From: Pseudomonadota bacterium
GTDB taxonomy: Bacteria > Bdellovibrionota > FAC87 > UBA2466
Direction of reading: 5' to 3'
Length of the DNA stretch: 64,000 nucleotides
Assembly: GCA_043767805.1 (NCBI GenBank)
Contig: JAYUGC010000053.1
Span: forward strand, 15,064 to 79,063
Shown here: positions 48,440-58,715 of the stretch, piece after piece
How the letters are laid out: every line of letters starts with the position of its first letter
Position numbering within the stretch: the stretch's first letter is position 1
Notes under the pieces: model-generated
The model's database searches: none
What the model saw: only the letters and a program-made list of their open reading frames with translations
Told to the model about the DNA's origin: nothing
Program-made: the position numbers and the translations under genes

Positions 48440-49164
48440 GCCATTTTTCCGAAGCCAAATCACTCAGGCTCGGCGCGGGAGACTGGCGGCTCACGCCGGA
48501 GCCTCTTTCCTTTCAGTTACCCACTGGAAAAATTACGGCGCTCGTCGGTAGAAACGGCGCCGGTAAGACGACGCTACTCAAAGCCTTGCTCGGAGAGCCC
48601 GTCATTCAGTCCGGCTACTTAAGTCTTGCCGGACTCGATGCCAAAACCGCCTCTTATGCGGATAGAGCCCGCACCATCGCCTTTGTCCCGCAGGAGCACG
48701 AGTTTCCCGGACAAGCCACAGTCTACACCATCTTGAAAATCGCTTTCCTTCCGCGCATGGGCCTCTGGGGAAAGTTACCCGAAGGCGCGGGGTCCGAAAT
48801 CGAGCGCGCCTTGGACGCTTTCGGTCTTTCCTCCCTCAAAGAGCGACGTCTCAGCAGTTTAAGCACCGGCGAAAGGCAGCGCGCCTTCCTCGCGAGAGCC
48901 TTATTGCAGAAACCAAAGGTCCTCATTCTCGATGAGCCTACCAATCATCTCGATCCGGCCGCCGTGCGGGCGTTCTGGAAGACGCTCCTCTCGGAAGCCC
49001 GGGACCGTCGTCTCGAGTTACTGGTAAGTACCCACGACCTTGATTTTCTTCGCCGGCAGTGCGATTTCGTATTAGCCCTGGATTGCGGTAAGAAGGTCTT
49101 TGAAGGCACCCGGGAGGATTTCCTATCGTCCGGAATGGAAGCCCGTTTGTTTGGAGAGAACTAA
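48436..49164 (+). CDS. ABC transporter ATP-binding protein
   Basis: Walker A GRNGAGKTT, signature LSTGERQR, Walker B LILDEPTNHLD; GTG start overlapping the permease stop. Confidence 0.8.
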   Translation: MSHFSEAKSLRLGAGDWRLTPEPLSFQLPTGKITALVGRNGAGKTTLLKALLGEPVIQSGYLSLAGLDAKTASYADRARTIAFVPQEHEFPGQATVYTILKIAFLPRMGLWGKLPEGAGSEIERALDAFGLSSLKERRLSSLSTGERQRAFLARALLQKPKVLILDEPTNHLDPAAVRAFWKTLLSEARDRRLELLVSTHDLDFLRRQCDFVLALDCGKKVFEGTREDFLSSGMEARLFGEN

Positions 49165-49559
49165 TGATTGTCGGCGTCGTCCATACTGCCCTCTTGGTGA
49201 AAGACTACGAAGAGGCGCGGGCTTTTTACTGCGATAAGCTCGGCTTCGTCCTGACCGAAGATACCGACTTGGGCAAAGGTAAGCGCTGGGTGCGCCTTCA
49301 GGCGCCCGGCAAAGGCGGGGCGGAAATCCTGCTCTCCCGCGCCATCGACAACCGGCAAAGAGCCGCGGTGGGAAATCAAACCGGCGGACGGGTGCTCTTT
49401 TTTCTCCATACGGACAACTTTGACGCGGACTACGCCCATTTCCGCGAGAAAGGCGTCGAGTTCGTGGAAGGCCCGTTCGAAGCGCCATACGGTAAAGTGG
49501 GCGTCTTCAAAGATCTCTACGGTAACCGGATAGACCTCATCGGACCTCGCGCTAATTGA
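49164..49559 (+). CDS. VOC (glyoxalase/bleomycin-resistance) family protein
   Basis: 131 aa; VHTALLVKDYEEARAFYCDKLGF beta-alpha-beta-beta-beta module. Confidence 0.6.
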   Translation: MIVGVVHTALLVKDYEEARAFYCDKLGFVLTEDTDLGKGKRWVRLQAPGKGGAEILLSRAIDNRQRAAVGNQTGGRVLFFLHTDNFDADYAHFREKGVEFVEGPFEAPYGKVGVFKDLYGNRIDLIGPRAN

Positions 49560-50679
49560 GCGAGGCGACCTGATTCATCAAAGGCTGATCCCGCTCGGTG
49601 ACGAAATTGATGACCAAGCCCGAGCGTCCCGCACGCGCCGTTCTGCCGACGCGGTGGATGTAGTTCTCAATCTCCCGGGGGAGATGATAGTTGATGACCC
49701 GGCCGACATGCTCGACATCCAAGCCGCGTCCAGCGAGATCGGTCGAGACCAGGAGCTTCACTTCCGCCTTGCGGAAGGAGCGCAAATTAGTCCGCCGCTT
49801 TATTTTGTCCATCTCGCCCCGATAGATGAGGCATTCGTGACCGGCGTCGCGTAATTCCGCGGCGACATTGTCGCATTGCTCGCGGGTGTTCGTGAAAATC
49901 AAAGTGCCGCCGTCGTACCGTTTGGCCAGCACGTCTTGGAGGTGGGGGAATCGCTTTCCGTCTCGGATCAACCGATTCTGGGTGGTCAGCGTGGGAACGA
50001 GCTTGTGGCTCCCTTGACTGCGAAAGACTTCCACTCCGGAGAAAAGCCCGTTCATCAAGCCTTGCACCGCGGGAGAGACCGTTGCCGAGAAAAGCGCGAG
50101 CTGACGTTCGGCGGGACAGGCGGCGACGATTTGGTTCGCGTTGGGCAAAAATCCATGGTCCAGCATCTGATCGGCTTCGTCGAAGACGAGAACGCGGACA
50201 TCGCAGAGCTTCACGTGCTTGAGATCGAGGAGCTGCACGAGCCGCCCTGGAGTCGCCACCAGTACTTCGAACGTTCCTGAGACGTTTTTTCTCGAGACAG
50301 GAAATGCGGTCCCGCCCAAAACAGTGCGTACTCGGAGACGGGTATTGTGCGTGAACTGTTTGAAGGCTTTCGCGACTTGCTCGCCGAGCTCGCGGGTCGG
50401 AACGATGACCGCCGCGCGCGGCTGTTGCTCCACGGTAACCGCTTGGCCTTCGATTTCGAGCCGTTTCAAAAGGTGCAGGATGGGCAAGGCATACGCGAGA
50501 GTCTTACCGCTTCCGGTCTCGGCGACGCCGACGAGCGATTTTCCGCCTAGCAAGACGGGCAGAGCTAGGCTCTGAATCTGCGTCGGTTCCCGAAAGCCTT
50601 TCTCCGTAAGCGTCGCTTGCAGAGAGGGCAGAAAGGTAAAGTCCTTGAATGAAGCCATAGAAGGGGCCCTTCTTACCAC
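49552..50679 (-). CDS. DEAD-box ATP-dependent RNA helicase
   Basis: Q-motif TQIQ, AETGSGKT, PTRELG, DEAD-like FDEADQM, SAT, HRVGRTARAGRSG; start possibly the internal Met at 50658. Confidence 0.85.
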   Translation of the reverse strand: MVRRAPSMASFKDFTFLPSLQATLTEKGFREPTQIQSLALPVLLGGKSLVGVAETGSGKTLAYALPILHLLKRLEIEGQAVTVEQQPRAAVIVPTRELGEQVAKAFKQFTHNTRLRVRTVLGGTAFPVSRKNVSGTFEVLVATPGRLVQLLDLKHVKLCDVRVLVFDEADQMLDHGFLPNANQIVAACPAERQLALFSATVSPAVQGLMNGLFSGVEVFRSQGSHKLVPTLTTQNRLIRDGKRFPHLQDVLAKRYDGGTLIFTNTREQCDNVAAELRDAGHECLIYRGEMDKIKRRTNLRSFRKAEVKLLVSTDLAGRGLDVEHVGRVINYHLPREIENYIHRVGRTARAGRSGLVINFVTERDQPLMNQVASLN

Positions 50680-50748
50680 GTCTCTAGGAGCTCCCTCCAG
50701 TGACCATTTTGGGCAAGCGAAACTAGGCTTACTCGTCGAATAGTATGC

Positions 50749-50961
50749 CTAAGGAACGGAGTGGGCTCTTTTTTCTTTCAGGCAATGCCCCGCCGTCAGC
50801 ACCGCTCTGGGGCTGACCCAGACCCCCGAACAATAACCTCCGCGCGGCTGAATGATTTGAGCGGCGTACTGATTTGCCTTCGCGACGGGACTACTGGCCT
50901 GATTCAAAGTCTTGGAACAACCCACGAGAAAAACACAGGCTGCCAGCAAATACTTTGTCAT
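50749..50961 (-). pseudogene. N-terminal remnant of a trypsin-like (S1) serine protease lipoprotein
   Basis: Lipoprotein signal MTKYLLAACVFLVGCS and the His active-site motif VLTAGHC, but the ORF terminates about 70 codons after the start, 70 nt before the next gene. Confidence 0.5.
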
Positions 50962-51114
50962 TTCGTTTCCCCGTCCATGTAGGAAACCGCGTCGTTTATT
51001 TTGAAAAGATGGCGGAAGGCCGGCTTCTCCTCGCCCCTTACATAAGCCATGACTTTGGCACATCCATAGCCGCAAACCTATCAAACCCAACCCATTTATG
51101 GCTATAAGTGAGGC

Positions 51115-51618
51115 GTGTTCGGACTGTTTCTATTCGTAAGCGCCGCCGTTGCCGCCCCGAGCTCGGGAGGATGCGGTTTCTATCTGGATCTCGAGAAACG
51201 GCTTCACTGCGCCGAGAAGACTAATTACCTCACGTCGTACGGCTATCCTTATTGTGAGAAATTCCAGAGCAATATGAAACACTGGACCTCGGGGCCGCTC
51301 AAGCGCTGGGTTCCGAAGACGTCGCATTGTTTGCAGGAATCCTTGAATGAAACCCCGTGCGACTCTCTTGCCGCGCGGGCGCTGCAAACGCATTCCACCT
51401 GTTACGCGCAAGGCGGCTTTTGCCGCTTGGGCTACCGCGATCGCCAAAGAATTCTCAACGTGATTTCGTGGATGGACGTAACCAAAGCCGCCGAGCAGGT
51501 TTTCAAATTGAAGTCGACGTGTGGCATCGGACTTTCGTCCACGGCCGTTCATCTTTTTGATTCCATGTTTGGCGTGACGCGGGCGCTGGATTTCGCGAAG
51601 ACGAAACTAGGGAGGTGA
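51115..51618 (+). CDS. secreted Cys-rich small protein
   Basis: Signal peptide MFGLFLFVSAAVAAPS; 10 Cys in 167 aa. Confidence 0.45.
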   Translation: MFGLFLFVSAAVAAPSSGGCGFYLDLEKRLHCAEKTNYLTSYGYPYCEKFQSNMKHWTSGPLKRWVPKTSHCLQESLNETPCDSLAARALQTHSTCYAQGGFCRLGYRDRQRILNVISWMDVTKAAEQVFKLKSTCGIGLSSTAVHLFDSMFGVTRALDFAKTKLGR

Positions 51619-51636
51619 GCGCTCTAACTCCGTCCT

Positions 51637-53070
51637 CTACCTCAGAGCCTTCGCCGTAAGCTGAGTGGGCGACTGCTCTAGGTTCAAGCCAGGATCGGAC
51701 TTATCCGTGCGATCGGCGCGAGGATGGCCGGTGCCCTTCAATTCGTTTCTCATCTCGGGCGTGAGATCGTTGATGCGGACCGCGTTCATGGAACCGGGCT
51801 TGATGCGGAACTTCAAAAACTCTTTGCTATTGTCGCGCACGAAATCCGCGCGGGTCGCGACTTCCGCCATGCCCTTCGCCGCGTCTTCGAGCGCGCGGTT
51901 GTAGCCTTCAATCTGCTGACGGTTCGTGCGACGCACTTTCTTATAAGTGAGGCCGCCGACGTTATACTCCTTCAATTCAGTCGTGATGTCGTCCTGACGG
52001 ATTTTACCGAAACCAGGGCGAGGCATCTTGGTCACATCAGCGCCGGCGAAATCGATGGCGGCGATGTTGAGACGCATCTTCCACTGATCGATTTGCTCTT
52101 CGTTGCCCGCGCCTTTGGTGACCTGGTCGCCTTCGGCTTTGGGATTGATGGCGAAAACGGAAGTCGCTTTGAGCGCGCGGCACGCGGCCACCCGCTGATC
52201 CATGGACTGCGCCTGGGTCTCGGGCTGAAGCCCGGGCTGCGCTTGAACGCGCTCCTGGATGCCGGTCGCTTCCTGATCGTTTTGCACGGCGGTCGCGTAC
52301 GCATCGCAATCAGGTACGTCTTCACCGAGCGCAGCTTCCACGCCGGGTTGCATCGCGCGCGATTCCCCCAGCGAAGCGACCATGCGGTTGCGGTACATCT
52401 TCGTCCAGCGGCTCGCCATGAGACGTAAGGACTCGATGTTGGGCATGGTGTTCTCGCCCTTACCGGTGCTGTCATCGTAAGTGAGAGAAATCTGGCGGAC
52501 GGCCGTATCGAGACCGACTTTTTCCACGTCCTGACGAACGTCGCCCAAGAGACGGAAATCAGCGAGCCCTTTCAAATCGAATTTGCCGTCGGCGTCCAAG
52601 TTGCTGCCGCCGTCCGGGCGATCCACTTCCCAAATCGTGTGCACGGGCCCGACGGAATCGCCTTGGGTTTTTCTCGCGGCCCAAGCCGCGGCAACCACGC
52701 CTTCGAGAGGCGACTTATCGCCGCCGAATCCGTGCGGCGATACGAAAGGATCGAGCCAGCTATTACAAAATTGTCCGCCCACCCATTCGAGGCACCGGCT
52801 CCAGACGTTGGAGTGGTAGGTGGTATTGGAGGTGAAGGAGTTGCCATCGTTTTTGTTGAAGCTCTGGCCTCCCGTGCCCGCGCTTTCCGGGTAGCTCGCT
52901 TCCTTCATATCCAAGGATTTGCCGAGTTTGAGGAGCTTCTCCGCAAGCCGGCGGCGCGCTTCTTTGTCGCCGCCCGTTTCGAGCTCGGCGAACCCGGAGC
53001 TGGAGAGAAGGAGTGCGCCCAAAAGGCACCCCAGCCAGATCCTAAAAGCTTTTCCCCCTATGCGAATCAT
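51637..53070 (-). CDS. secreted hypothetical protein (477 aa)
   Basis: Signal peptide; hydrophilic Asp/Gly-rich body. Confidence 0.5.
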   Translation of the reverse strand: MIRIGGKAFRIWLGCLLGALLLSSSGFAELETGGDKEARRRLAEKLLKLGKSLDMKEASYPESAGTGGQSFNKNDGNSFTSNTTYHSNVWSRCLEWVGGQFCNSWLDPFVSPHGFGGDKSPLEGVVAAAWAARKTQGDSVGPVHTIWEVDRPDGGSNLDADGKFDLKGLADFRLLGDVRQDVEKVGLDTAVRQISLTYDDSTGKGENTMPNIESLRLMASRWTKMYRNRMVASLGESRAMQPGVEAALGEDVPDCDAYATAVQNDQEATGIQERVQAQPGLQPETQAQSMDQRVAACRALKATSVFAINPKAEGDQVTKGAGNEEQIDQWKMRLNIAAIDFAGADVTKMPRPGFGKIRQDDITTELKEYNVGGLTYKKVRRTNRQQIEGYNRALEDAAKGMAEVATRADFVRDNSKEFLKFRIKPGSMNAVRINDLTPEMRNELKGTGHPRADRTDKSDPGLNLEQSPTQLTAKALR

Positions 53071-53429
53071 ACTCCCCCTGACCTTTGACTAAAGCAACCC
53101 CGATACCAAACTAAACCATTGAATTCAGGCGGTTTTCTAAACGGACTTTGACGGGGTCCCGAACGGTCGGGCGAGTCTTCGGCAAAACCCTTGAGCTTTC
53201 AACCCCTTCCCGCGCCCAAGCTTTGGACGGTGGACAGGAAACGGGCATTCTTTGAGCACACGAAGGCCGCGACTTCGCAGGCATACGCGCCCAACTGCGG
53301 AAATCGCTACGTATTCTGCCGGTGTTCACTACCGCGATAATGCGGGGCGTTAGCTTTTCTGAAGCCCGAAATCACTGGCCGCATGCCACTTGTCTACAAC
53401 CTGTGCCTCTTGGTAAGGCTCTTGGGCAC

Positions 53430-55898
53430 ATGGGCGAAATCACATCCGCACCGACGACTCCAATGTTCACGCAGTATCTTTCCATCAAGAAAGAGCATGC
53501 GGACTCCATCCTCTTTTTCCGGATGGGCGACTTTTACGAAATGTTTTTGGAAGACGCGGTCCTGGCGGCTCCCATCATGGAAGTGCAGCTCACTTCCCGC
53601 GATAAGAATTCCCCGAATCCCATTCCCATGTGCGGCATCCCGCACCACTCGGCGATGGGTTATGTGCAAAAACTTCTAGCGCGCGGTCACAAGGTCGCGC
53701 TTTGCGAACAAGTGGAAGATCCCGCGACGACCAAAGGCCTCGTGAAACGTGCGGTGGTGCGCATTCTGACGCCGTCTCTCATCGGCGATCCGGATCTCGT
53801 ACCCTTAGAGACCACGAACGTGCTCGCGGTCCTCGAAGACTTGGGTGAAGGCCGCGTGGAAGTTTGCCTCTTTGATTTGCTCGGCGGCACCACTCGGCAC
53901 GGCATCGTCCCGAGTCTCGCTTCGCTCATCGATCTCTTTGCCCGCGGCACGCCCCGGGAAGTGCTTTTGTCCGAGCGCACCCGCGATCTCAAATGGTTTG
54001 GGGATTTGCTCGGTGTCTTTCCAAGTCTCGTGACGAGCTGCCGTACGGCGTACTTCGAAGTGGAAGAAACGCCTACGCTCAAAGCTTTAGAGAGTTATTT
54101 GAGAGAGACCCAGAAGCAAGAAAAGCTGGGATTCCTAAGCGCGCCTCTTCCTTTAGAAGGCGATCACGCGATGGCCATCGACTCGGTGACCTTGCGCTCG
54201 CTCGAAATCTTAAAGAGCCAAACCCTGGACTCGGAAGGCCACAGCCTTTTCGAAGTACTCGACTTCACAAGCACGCCTATGGGCCGGCGCACGTTGCGCG
54301 AATGGCTCGGCCGCCCGCTGCTCTCTCGCCCGCGCATCGAAGAACGTCTCGATGCCGTGGAAGAACTTACGTCGAAGCCCGATCTCGCCGACTCGCCGAA
54401 GCGCTCACTTAAAGACGTGCGCGATTTAGAGCGACTCACCATGAAGACGGCGCTAGGGCTAGCGATGCCCAGAGACATCGTCGCCATCCGTGAGATTTTG
54501 AAAGTCGTTCCGCTCTTGAAGGATTCGCTGACCCGCGCGAAAGCGCCCCGGCTCATCGCTCTCCGCGAAGAGCTGAACTCTCTCTCGGATTTGACGGAGC
54601 TTCTGCAGCACGCGCTCGAAGATTGTCCGCCGGCGATTCTTTCCGAAGGCGGCATTTTCAGAGACGGGTACCACAACGAGCTCAAAGATTTACGCGTCAT
54701 GGCCCATAGCGCGAAGAGCATGATCGCCGCCATGGAAACGGCCGAGCGCACGACCACCGGCATTTCGAGTCTGAAGGTAAAGTACAGCCGCGTGTTTGGC
54801 TACACCATCGAAGTCACTAAAGCGCAGCTCTCCAAAGTTCCGCCGTACTACCAGAGAAAACAGACCATCGCGAACGGCGAGCGTTTCGTTACCGACGATT
54901 TACGGGAGTTCGAGCAGAAGGTGGTCACCGCCGAGCACCGCATGCGCGGCCTCGAGGAGGCGCTTTTCAACGACATTCGCCAAAAAGTTTGCGCGCACAC
55001 CACCGCTCTTCTCGCTAACGCTCATCTCATCGGCGAGCTAGACGTGCTGCTCGGTTTTTCGGAGGCCGCGCGCACGCGAGGCTACGTTCGTCCCGAAATG
55101 TCGGAAGACGATCTCCTGGACATCGAGGATGGCCGGCATCCGGTTATAGAAGCCTTACTGCCGCCTGGGCAATTCGTTCCGAACTCGCTCGCCTTTTCAG
55201 ACGCGGTCGCCCGCACCTGGATCATCACGGGTCCCAACATGGCCGGTAAGTCGACCATCATGCGGCAGATAGCGCTCATCTCCGTGATGGCTCACACGGG
55301 TTGCTTCGTTCCCGCGACGCGCGCTCGCGTGCCGCTCATCGATGCGGTCTTCACGCGCATCGGAAGCTCCGATGATTTGGCGCGCGGCCGTTCCACTTTC
55401 ATGGTGGAGATGACGGAAGTGGCCCGCATTTTGAAACAAGCGACACCTCGCAGTCTGATTCTCATTGATGAGATTGGGCGCGGCACGAGCACGTACGATG
55501 GCTTGAGTCTCGCCTGGTCGCTGCTCGAGCATTTGCACACGGACGTGCGCGCGAAAGTTTTGTTCGCCACTCACTTTCACGAAATCACCGCGCTGGAAAG
55601 TTCCCTGCCTGGCGTCATGAACACCAGCGTGCTTGTGGAAAAGTGGAACGACGAGATCGTTTTCCTCCACAAGCTGCGTCCGGGGATCTGCAACCGAAGC
55701 TACGGAATCGAGGTCGCGGCCCTCGCCGGGCTCCCTCCGAAAGTCTTATCCAGAGCGCGTGACATCCAGGGCCTCCTGGAAAGCCACGCCCACCGGGGCA
55801 GTCGGACGAGAAGCCGGGCGTTAGACATCCACGACAACCAAATGGCTTTTTTCGATACTCCAAAACCCTCGGAAAGCCGCGCCCCGCTTGAGTCTTAA
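53430..55898 (+). CDS. mutS: DNA mismatch repair protein MutS
   Basis: Mismatch-binding FTQYLSIKKEHADSILFFRMGDFYEMF; ATPase ITGPNMAGKST, DEIGRGTSTYDG, THFHE; start taken at the internal ATG at 53430. Confidence 0.9.
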   Translation: MGEITSAPTTPMFTQYLSIKKEHADSILFFRMGDFYEMFLEDAVLAAPIMEVQLTSRDKNSPNPIPMCGIPHHSAMGYVQKLLARGHKVALCEQVEDPATTKGLVKRAVVRILTPSLIGDPDLVPLETTNVLAVLEDLGEGRVEVCLFDLLGGTTRHGIVPSLASLIDLFARGTPREVLLSERTRDLKWFGDLLGVFPSLVTSCRTAYFEVEETPTLKALESYLRETQKQEKLGFLSAPLPLEGDHAMAIDSVTLRSLEILKSQTLDSEGHSLFEVLDFTSTPMGRRTLREWLGRPLLSRPRIEERLDAVEELTSKPDLADSPKRSLKDVRDLERLTMKTALGLAMPRDIVAIREILKVVPLLKDSLTRAKAPRLIALREELNSLSDLTELLQHALEDCPPAILSEGGIFRDGYHNELKDLRVMAHSAKSMIAAMETAERTTTGISSLKVKYSRVFGYTIEVTKAQLSKVPPYYQRKQTIANGERFVTDDLREFEQKVVTAEHRMRGLEEALFNDIRQKVCAHTTALLANAHLIGELDVLLGFSEAARTRGYVRPEMSEDDLLDIEDGRHPVIEALLPPGQFVPNSLAFSDAVARTWIITGPNMAGKSTIMRQIALISVMAHTGCFVPATRARVPLIDAVFTRIGSSDDLARGRSTFMVEMTEVARILKQATPRSLILIDEIGRGTSTYDGLSLAWSLLEHLHTDVRAKVLFATHFHEITALESSLPGVMNTSVLVEKWNDEIVFLHKLRPGICNRSYGIEVAALAGLPPKVLSRARDIQGLLESHAHRGSRTRSRALDIHDNQMAFFDTPKPSESRAPLES

Positions 55899-56026
55899 AG
55901 ATTGCGTAGAAACCGCATTGACAACACTTGAGCCCGAAAATATCCATATCAATTCGTTGGTAGTTTCAGCAGGTTAGGCTTTACTCCCACCTGTCGGATG
56001 CCACAGTGACAAGCTGTCCCCAAGAG

Positions 56027-56047
56027 TTATCCACAGCCTGTGGATAA
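56027..56047. promoter_or_regulatory. inverted pair of perfect DnaA boxes (TTATCCACA-GCC-TGTGGATAA) within a 275-nt AT-rich intergenic region
   Basis: Exact consensus 9-mers read from the sequence; the surrounding region 55899-56173 is visibly more AT-rich than the flanks. Confidence 0.55.
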
Positions 56048-56173
56048 TTCTGGAATTCCCTCTTCGCTCTACTCATAGCGTCATAAACTCTCTTGGAGAT
56101 TTTTTCGTTCTAAGATAGTACTTTCATTTAAGAATCCTTTCTGCGACCTAGTGAGTCGGGAAAAATTTTTTGT

Positions 56174-57013
56174 ATGGCAAACCCCTACAAGGTCTTCCAC
56201 AGCTCCCATCCAGACCTACGAAAGTCGGTCCATGTCGTGCTCGTCCGTCCGGAGGTTCCCGGCAACGTAGGATCGGTCGCGCGAAGCCTCGCCAACATGG
56301 GTATCGAGGGCACTTTCACCATCGTCGGAAGCCCCGACATCATCAGTGGCGACGCTTTAAAACTCGCCAAACACGCCGCGTCTCGATTTGAAACCGTCCG
56401 CCATGCCGCCACTCTCGCGGAAGCTCTCGCGGGGAAGACTCCTCTGGCGCTTACGATCGCCGCCACGGCTCGTGTCGGATCGCCCAACCGCCCCCATCCC
56501 TTACGGGTGCGAGAGGCCATGGAGAAGGCGGTGGAGAAGCTGACGACCGGCCAACAAGACTCCCTCTACCTGGTTTTCGGGCCCGAGAGTGACGGACTCC
56601 TCAATGAGGAAATCGACCTCTGCGATTGGGTCGTTACAATTCCTTCGTCTCCGGGCTATCGGTCCTTGAACTTAGCGCAGTCGGTCTTACTCTTTAGTTA
56701 TGAGGTTCGTTTGAACCTTTTAAAGGAATGGACGGACTTCGAGGCTCCCAAGCTGTCTCAGAAAGATCGGTTGATCCAACATCTGATCAAGGCGGCGGAA
56801 ACGGTGGGCTTCGTATTACCCGGGGATCCCATGAAGATGCGCCCCAGGCTGGAGGAGATCTTCTCCCTCTTGCCAAACCATATTAAAGACGTGAAAACGC
56901 TCCATGGCCTGATCGATCAGATCATCCGTTCCGTGCAAAAGGGAGAAGCCGACTTCAAAGGTAGATACCGGCACGTGGTGGAAAGCCGGAGCGAAGGGAA
57001 TCAGGTGCCATGA
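56174..57013 (+). CDS. trmJ: tRNA 2'-O-methyltransferase, SpoU/TrmH family (TrmJ-like)
   Basis: VVLVRPEVPGNVGSVARSLANMG, LVFGPESDGL and SLNLAQSV motifs. Confidence 0.6.
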   Translation: MANPYKVFHSSHPDLRKSVHVVLVRPEVPGNVGSVARSLANMGIEGTFTIVGSPDIISGDALKLAKHAASRFETVRHAATLAEALAGKTPLALTIAATARVGSPNRPHPLRVREAMEKAVEKLTTGQQDSLYLVFGPESDGLLNEEIDLCDWVVTIPSSPGYRSLNLAQSVLLFSYEVRLNLLKEWTDFEAPKLSQKDRLIQHLIKAAETVGFVLPGDPMKMRPRLEEIFSLLPNHIKDVKTLHGLIDQIIRSVQKGEADFKGRYRHVVESRSEGNQVP

Positions 57014-57582
57014 CCATGGAAGACAATAAAAACTCAAACGAGCCGGCGGAAGATCCGAAAGAGGCGCCCGCGAACGGCGCGGAAAAATCCGCGGCCGCCG
57101 AGCCGACTCCAATCACCAAGCCCGCGGAAGAAACCGCCGAGCGCCGCCTCCTTTATATGGCGGCCGAGTTCGAGAACACCAAGAAACGCCTCCTCCGGGA
57201 CAGCGAAAACTCGGTGAAGTTCGCCAACGAACGGCTCGTGCGCGATTTGCTTCCCATCGTCAGCCTTTTCGATAGAGCACTCTCCGCCGCCGACATCGCC
57301 AAGAAGAATCCCGAGACGAAACCCGACGTGCAGAATTTCATCACGGGTGTCGAGATGACCCACCGGGAACTCACTCTCACCCTCGAGCGCTTCGGTGTAG
57401 AATGGATTGGCAAAAAAGGGGAAAAGTTCAACCCGGAGCGCCACGAGGCGATCTCCCAGATTGAGGCTCCCGACGCGGAACCTGAATCGGTTGTCCAGGT
57501 CTTGGATCGAGGCTGCTTAATGAGCGGTCGCTTGATTCAGCCCGCCAAAGTCGTCGTAGCCAAAGCCAAACAGGAAGCCTAA
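57010..57582 (+). CDS. grpE: nucleotide exchange factor GrpE
   Basis: [12 protein letters not shown] coiled-coil start, FNPERHEA and [21 protein letters not shown]. Confidence 0.85.
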   Translation: MTMEDNKNSNEPAEDPKEAPANGAEKSAAAEPTPITKPAEETAERRLLYMAAEFENTKKRLLRDSENSVKFANERLVRDLLPIVSLFDRALSAADIAKKNPETKPDVQNFITGVEMTHRELTLTLERFGVEWIGKKGEKFNPERHEAISQIEAPDAEPESVVQVLDRGCLMSGRLIQPAKVVVAKAKQEA

Positions 57583-57590
57583 GTCGGTCT

Positions 57591-58715
57591 ATGAGCGCCA
57601 AACGAGATTATTACGAGATCCTCGTGGTGGCGCGTACCGCCACGGACGACGAGCTGAAAAAAGCCTACCGCAAGCTCGCCATCCAGTATCACCCGGACCG
57701 AAATCCGAACGACAAGGTCGCGGAAGATAAGTTCAAAGAGGTGAACGAGGCGTATCAGATCTTGAGCGACCCCCAGAAACGCGCGGCCTACGATCGTTTC
57801 GGTCATGCGGGCGTCAATCAAGGTGGCGGATTCGGAGGAGGCTTCGATCCTTCCGGATTCGGCGGCGGTTCTTTCACCGATATCTTCGACAATATTTTCG
57901 GCGATATTTTTGGCGGCGGCGGCGGACAGTCGCAAGCTTCCGCGGGCGTCGATCTCCGCTACCACATGGAAATTTCCTTCGTGGAAGCGGCGTTTGGGTG
58001 CGAAAAGGAAATCTCCTTCGAAAAAGAATCGGCCTGCGACAACTGCCAAGGCACGGGCGCGCGGCCCGGCAGCAAACCGAATCAATGCCCGACTTGTAAC
58101 GGCGCCGGCCAAGTTCGTTTGAGCCAGGGTTTTTTCACGCTGACCCGCACCTGCCCTCGCTGCTCGGGACGCGGATCGATCATCACGGATCCTTGCGGCA
58201 CTTGCCGCGGCGCGGGACGAGTCAAGAAACCGCATTCCGTTTCGGTGAAGATTCCGGCCGGTATCGATAAGGATCAAAGAATCCGGTTACGCGGCCAAGG
58301 GGAAGCCTCGGAAGCCGGCGGGCGCTTGGGCGATCTCTATGTCATCGTCGACGTGACGCCCCACCCGCTATTCACTCGTGAAAGCGAGCACGTCCTTTTG
58401 GAAATGCCGATCACTTTCGTTCAGGCGACCTTGGGCGGCGACATCGAAGTGCCCACGCTCGAAGGCCCGGCCATCATCAAGATTCCGCCGGGCACCCAGT
58501 CCGGCACGGTGAAGCGTCTCAAAGGTAAAGGCATCCGCCGCTTGAACGGCACGGGCACCGGCGATCAAATGGTGCGCCTTACCATCGAGACACCCGCGAG
58601 CCTGACCTCCAAGCAGAAGGATCTGCTCAAACAATTCGAGAAAGAAGGCACCCGGGAGTGCCAGCCCGGCATCACGGCCTTCCTTAAGAAGTTCAAGGAA
58701 CTTTTTAATGATTAA
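57591..58715 (+). CDS. dnaJ: molecular chaperone DnaJ
   Basis: J domain with HPD (YHPDRN); G/F-rich linker; four CxxCxGxG zinc-finger repeats. Confidence 0.9.
   Translation: MSAKRDYYEILVVARTATDDELKKAYRKLAIQYHPDRNPNDKVAEDKFKEVNEAYQILSDPQKRAAYDRFGHAGVNQGGGFGGGFDPSGFGGGSFTDIFDNIFGDIFGGGGGQSQASAGVDLRYHMEISFVEAAFGCEKEISFEKESACDNCQGTGARPGSKPNQCPTCNGAGQVRLSQGFFTLTRTCPRCSGRGSIITDPCGTCRGAGRVKKPHSVSVKIPAGIDKDQRIRLRGQGEASEAGGRLGDLYVIVDVTPHPLFTRESEHVLLEMPITFVQATLGGDIEVPTLEGPAIIKIPPGTQSGTVKRLKGKGIRRLNGTGTGDQMVRLTIETPASLTSKQKDLLKQFEKEGTRECQPGITAFLKKFKELFND

Noticed and set aside
51724-52428. 234-codon plus-strand ORF
   Set aside because: It is antisense to the 477-aa secreted protein gene and has an Arg-rich low-complexity translation.
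55899-56173. CIRCE (HrcA) operator upstream of trmJ-grpE-dnaJ
   Set aside because: I searched the region for TTAGCACTC-N9-GAGTGCTAA and found no match; only the DnaA-box pair is present.
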